DNA of 64,000 nt from a bacterium. GTDB lineage: Bacteria; UBA8248; JACPRG01; G963555815. The translations under genes were made by a program, and so were the position numbers. The stretch lies in the NCBI GenBank assembly GCA_965261595.1, contig CBDHDG010000007.1, positions 448,001 through 512,000 on the forward strand, read 5' to 3'. The notes beneath the pieces were generated by a model. That model was not told the origin of the DNA and made no database searches. It saw only the letters and a list, made by a program, of their open reading frames with translations. Shown one piece after another: positions 59,786 through 64,000 of this stretch (the stretch's first letter is position 1; every line of letters begins with the position of its first letter).

Positions 59786-60685
59786 TCACCCGCCCAAAAG
59801 CGCGATCAACACGATGCCCGTTACAATGGAGACCGTGCCCCCATAAATTCTCGACGTGATGTTTTCCAGGTTGCCCAGGAAGATGGCCGCCAGCATGATG
59901 GAAAGCAGCGGGGTGACCCCGAAGATGGCCATCACACGCGAGACCTCTCCCAGGTTGATGGCGGTAAAGAGAAAGAAGAACGAGATCGATAAGGAGACCC
60001 CCGCGAAAAGTGAGTACTTCACCGCCCGGGCCGAACGGACCATTCGCTTGCCCTTTGGGAACAGCGGATAGGTCAAGATCAGACACACGAGCGCGGTTGT
60101 CGAGGAAATCATCACCCCGACATGGGGGAGCGGGAGGATGTTCAGGCCGAGTTTTCGGATGACCGTGGACAGACCGAAGAAAAATCCCGCCGCCAGGGGG
60201 ATGACGGCCTCGCTCCATTTGAGGGACGGTTCCCCCTTGGGGCGGGCGATGATCCAGATCCCCCCGATGATCAGAACCGCCCCCAGGTAAAGGGACCAGT
60301 AGGGCCTCTCTCCGAGAATCAGGATTCCCAGGAGGACGCCGAACAACGGATTCCCGCCCATCGCGATGGGGCCGGCCTTGCCCACACCGAAGCGGCTGAG
60401 CGAGATATAGTACAGGGTCATCGAAAGGGCGGGGGAGGAAATCCCGGCCAGGAGAAACCAGCCGACCGCGGCGCCGGGAAGCTCCATCCAGCGGATGCCC
60501 AGGGCTGTACAGATTCCGAGATAGACGGTCAAGACGGTCGCGTTGATGATGACCGCCGCCATGTAAGGTGAACCCGTTTGAAGCCCCCGGCGGTTCAGGA
60601 TGCTCATGGTCGACATGGCCGCCGCCGCCAGAAGGGCGGTGATTTCTATGGGGATGTATTGAATGAAGGACAAGGCTGGCGCCAC
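59786..60685 (-). CDS. DMT/EamA-family transporter (tandem paralogue)
   Basis: Collinear with 58783-59661 (LNRRG.Q.GSPYMAAV, LPLPHVG, GEVSRVMAI). Confidence 0.9.
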   Translation of the reverse strand: MAPALSFIQYIPIEITALLAAAAMSTMSILNRRGLQTGSPYMAAVIINATVLTVYLGICTALGIRWMELPGAAVGWFLLAGISSPALSMTLYYISLSRFGVGKAGPIAMGGNPLFGVLLGILILGERPYWSLYLGAVLIIGGIWIIARPKGEPSLKWSEAVIPLAAGFFFGLSTVIRKLGLNILPLPHVGVMISSTTALVCLILTYPLFPKGKRMVRSARAVKYSLFAGVSLSISFFFLFTAINLGEVSRVMAIFGVTPLLSIMLAAIFLGNLENITSRIYGGTVSIVTGIVLIALLGG

Positions 60686-61006
60686 CTCCTATCGAAAATC
60701 GGATTCTTCGGGGAAGCCGTTGTTTGTTAGAAGCATCCGCATGTGAAGGCGCTCTTCGCCCCCCTGGAAAGTCAACGGTGACGGTCGGGGGAGCCACGGC
60801 CGGGAATTCGGCCGAAAACCGCCGCCGGGACACGCTCAAGAAATCCGTATTCCCCGAATTTTTCAGGGCAGCGTTTCAGGCGTGACCGTCCAGGCGATGC
60901 GCCATACCTGTTCCGTGAGGCCGCCCGCGTTCGGCGTCCCTCCCCCGCTCTAGGGTTTTGTTGGACACTCGATTGATCCATGATTCATGGAGAAAGGGGT
61001 GTCGCG

Positions 61007-61393
61007 ATGAACGAACAAAAGCAAGAGGGGGCTTTGGCGGAGGGCGCCCGCAGGGCGAACGGAGCCAAGGCCCCAGGGCATCGCAGTGAGCGGGGTCGGT
61101 TCTCCTGCCAGCGCAAGCGGGAGGCGGTCCTGCGTCTTTTGCGGGGCGAGAGCCTGGAGACGCTCTGCCGCGAGTTGGGCACGACAGCGGCTCGGCTTTC
61201 CGCCTGGCGCGAGGCGTTCCTTCGCGGGGGCGAGGCGGCGCTCAAAGCCCGCCCGGCGGATGAGCGGGACGAGGAGAACGCCCGGCTCAAGGCCAAGGTG
61301 GGCGAACTCACGATGGAGGGCGAGGTCCTGCGGGAGAAGATCGACCGCCTGGAGGCCGGCCGCCCTTTAGCCGGCAGGAGGTGGAGGCGATGA
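61007..61393 (+). CDS. IS3-family OrfA
   Basis: Same as the other copies. Confidence 0.9.
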   Translation: MNEQKQEGALAEGARRANGAKAPGHRSERGRFSCQRKREAVLRLLRGESLETLCRELGTTAARLSAWREAFLRGGEAALKARPADERDEENARLKAKVGELTMEGEVLREKIDRLEAGRPLAGRRWRR

Positions 61394-62298
61394 GTCAGGC
61401 CCGCTTCACCTCCACGGGCAGAGCCTACGGCCTGAAGCGGGTGTGCGCCCTTTGGGGCTTGGCGCGCTCCACGGTCTACGCGCAACGGCGGCGAGAGGCG
61501 GTCCCCGTTCATGAACGCCCCACGCCCAATAAGCGCGGCCCTGTGGGCCCGTGCACCGATGCGGAACTCCTCGGCCACATCCGGCAGGTCCTGGAGGACT
61601 CTCCCTTCCATGGCGAGGGCTACCGCAAGGTGTGGGCGAGGCTGCGCTTCGCGGGCATCCGCACCAGCAAGGAGCGGGTGCGTCGCCTGATGCGGGAGGC
61701 GGGGCTTCAGGCCCCCCACCGGGTGGGCAAACCCCGAGGTCCCAAGGCCCACAACGGGACCATCCGCACCGAGCGGCCCGACCGAATGTGGGGCACGGAC
61801 ATGACGACGACGGTGACCACCGAGGAGGGGGTGGCCTCGGTGTTCGTGGCGGTGGATCACTGCTCGGTGGACTGCGTGGGGATCCATGCGGCCAAGAGCG
61901 GCAACCGCTTCGAGGCCCTGGAGCCGATCCGGCAGGGGGTCGCCGAGCGCTTCGCCGGCTTGGAGGCGGACGTCGCCGAGGGGCTTAAAGTTCGTCACGA
62001 CCACGGCCCCGCCTATCTGTCCGATGACTTTCAGCGGGAGATCGCCTACCTGGGCATGACCAGTTCGCCCAGCTTCGTGCGGGCGCCCGAGGGAAATGGC
62101 TACTGTGAGTGGTTTATCCGCATCTTGAAGGAGAATCTCCTGTGGGTGCGCTCTTTCGCCACCGTAGAGGAACTGCGGTGGGCGCTGCTTGAGTTCAAAA
62201 ACCTGTACAACCATCATTGGATTCTCGAGGGCTACGGCTACCGAACGCCGGCCCAGGCAAGGCAGGAAAAACTCGCTCAAGTTGCGGAGGCCGCATGA
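61390..62298 (+). CDS. IS3-family OrfB DDE transposase
   Basis: Intact DDE motif. Confidence 0.9.
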   Translation: MSQARFTSTGRAYGLKRVCALWGLARSTVYAQRRREAVPVHERPTPNKRGPVGPCTDAELLGHIRQVLEDSPFHGEGYRKVWARLRFAGIRTSKERVRRLMREAGLQAPHRVGKPRGPKAHNGTIRTERPDRMWGTDMTTTVTTEEGVASVFVAVDHCSVDCVGIHAAKSGNRFEALEPIRQGVAERFAGLEADVAEGLKVRHDHGPAYLSDDFQREIAYLGMTSSPSFVRAPEGNGYCEWFIRILKENLLWVRSFATVEELRWALLEFKNLYNHHWILEGYGYRTPAQARQEKLAQVAEAA

Positions 62299-63044
62299 GG
62301 TCGAATACCCTCACCCGAGTGTCCAATAACCCAGGGGCGGTCCATCCCCTCCAGGCAAACCGCCGCCGCTTCCCGAAATGCGACAATCTCCCGCTCTGGA
62401 TTTCCAACAACCAGCAAGGCCGCCAGCCTGCCCAGAAACGGCAAATGCCCCACGATCATCAGCCCCCCCGTCTCTCCCCCGAGTTCATCGGCCAAGGGTT
62501 CGACGGGATCCATCGGACTGAGCCCGGATCGCTCCCGGACGCCTTCCCCGGAGATGACCGACCCGGCCAGGACCCCGGCCGTCTGGGCCGCCCGGAGCTT
62601 TTCACTGTGCGAGATGGAGCGCACGGAGATCCCGAGGGGCTTCAGGAATCGCGTAATCTTCTCCGCCTGTTCTTTCCCCCGGGCAGACAGCGGCCTCGCG
62701 GGGTCCGCCTCTTCGGAAACGGCCGCGCCGTGCCGGACCAGATAAAGACGCATGACTCACCTCCGCCCGCGATGACCGCGAGCGCGATAAAGTTGATCCC
62801 CGACCAGAGGCGCTCCGGCGACGGCCGTTTGAAAGAACCCCATGATATTCTATTCCGAATCCGGGTTCAAAATGAACCGGCCGTCCCGCGCGATATGTCT
62901 TCGGCCCGAAGCCCCGCGGGGGAGAAGAAAGGCGCTTTCTCGAAAGTCGCTGGATGGAAACGCCCGTCCATTTACAATACACTGTTCGAAAGAATCATTT
63001 CCAGAACACCCGTCGATCCATGGAATGAATTGGAGGATTGAGCA

Positions 63045-64000
63045 TTGAGCGGCGATGTTATCGCGGAAATCATGGAAAGCAGCAAAGGCCGGATGATCGG
63101 CGACGGGCTTCAGGCCGCCGACATCGATGAAATTCTTGAGCGATGCACCGGCTGGGGCGACTGGTACGAAGTCGTCACGGACATCGGCGACCGGTACGAG
63201 GCCATGGCCGAGGAACGGCTCTCCGGGGGATTTTCGATGTCGGCCGGCGAGTACCTTTGGCGGGCCTGCATGTATTACCACTATGCCCAGTTCTATATGT
63301 TCGAGCGCCCCGATCTCAGGGAGGCCGGACAGAAGAAAAAGGTCGAGTTGTATCAGAGGGCGGCGCCCCTCTTTTTTCCCCCGGCCGAGCGCGTCGATAT
63401 CCCGTTCGAAGAATTCACCATCCCCGGGTATCTTCGGCTCCCCCCCGGGGTGGAGAAGCCTCCCTGCGCCGTTCTCATCGGGGGGCTGGAAAGCACCAAG
63501 GAGGAAAGCCTCCTTTTCGAGCGCATGTGCCACGATCGGGGCCTGGCCACCTTCGCCTTCGACGGTCCCGGACAGGGGGAGATGTATTTCCAGACCCCGA
63601 TCCGCCCGGATTTCGAGCGGTTCACCTCGGCGGTGCTCGATTATCTGGAGACCCGGCCGGAAATCGACTCCTCGAAGTTCGGCGTCCTGGGCAGAAGCTT
63701 CGGCGGCCACTACGCCCCGAAGAGCGCGGCCCACGACGACCGGATCGCCGTCTGCGTCTGCTGGGGGGTCCTTTACGAGCTTCAGACCTACTGGTGGGAC
63801 ATGCACGACATCACGCGCAACGGCTTTACGTACTGCGCCGGGGAGACCGACCCGGAGAAGGGCAAAGAAGTCCTGAAAATGATCGACCTGAGCTCCTCAT
63901 CGGCGAAAATCACCTGCCCCCTCTACCTCCAGCACGGCGTGAAGGATGACCTCATCCCGCTCCACCAAGCCACTCGGCTGGAGAAGGAGGCCGTGAACGC
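63045..64000 (+). CDS. Alpha/beta hydrolase, 2,6-dihydropseudooxynicotine hydrolase/FrsA-like; runs off the window and is absent from the ORF track
   Basis: Read manually from TTG after GGAGG: GGLESTKEE, FDGPGQGE, GRSFGG nucleophile elbow, ITCPLYLQHGVKDDL. Confidence 0.88.
   Translation, partial: MSGDVIAEIMESSKGRMIGDGLQAADIDEILERCTGWGDWYEVVTDIGDRYEAMAEERLSGGFSMSAGEYLWRACMYYHYAQFYMFERPDLREAGQKKKVELYQRAAPLFFPPAERVDIPFEEFTIPGYLRLPPGVEKPPCAVLIGGLESTKEESLLFERMCHDRGLATFAFDGPGQGEMYFQTPIRPDFERFTSAVLDYLETRPEIDSSKFGVLGRSFGGHYAPKSAAHDDRIAVCVCWGVLYELQTYWWDMHDITRNGFTYCAGETDPEKGKEVLKMIDLSSSSAKITCPLYLQHGVKDDLIPLHQATRLEKEAVN

Larger units (their letters stand above)
60941..62344 (+). mobile_element. IS-A copy 6 (1404 bp), 4-bp target duplication TCCC
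   Basis: TCCC at 60937-60940 and 62345-62348. Confidence 0.95.
60863..62753 (-). pseudogene. sixA: Phosphohistidine phosphatase SixA, interrupted by IS-A copy 6
   Basis: MRLYLVRHG..RPLS..HSEKLRAAQTA..IVGHLPFL; C-terminus TPNAGGLTEQVWRIAWTVTPETLP* resumes at 60936-60863. Confidence 0.9.

Overview
High-GC bacterial chromosomal segment with three overlaid components. (1) A large catabolic gene set, probably for N-heterocycles or aromatics. It has a tungsten AOR-family oxidoreductase, three xanthine-dehydrogenase-family molybdoenzymes, two UbiD decarboxylases, two luciferase-like monooxygenases, two CrtI-like FAD oxidoreductases, a carbamoylase, a cysteine hydrolase, an M29/NicX-like protein and an alpha/beta hydrolase. 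It also has five zinc nucleoside-deaminase paralogues, four of them in a tandem array with repeated non-coding leaders. (2) A surface-protein island (16.0-23.1 kb) with a short inverse-autotransporter-like beta-barrel and a lipoprotein of about 1540 aa with nine CARDB-like repeats. (3) Recent IS expansion and gene decay. There are six copies of one 1404-bp IS3-family element with an atypical 5'-TC end and 4-bp target duplications, two copies of a second IS3 element, and IS256, IS3 and RAYT remnants. Also present are a disrupted sixA, three broken toxin-antitoxin loci (MNT-HEPN, VapBC, convergent AbiE-like), a degenerate tRNA-Ala 3' half (att-like) and GTAG-type REP palindromes. All calls come from motif recognition by eye; no database searches were run.
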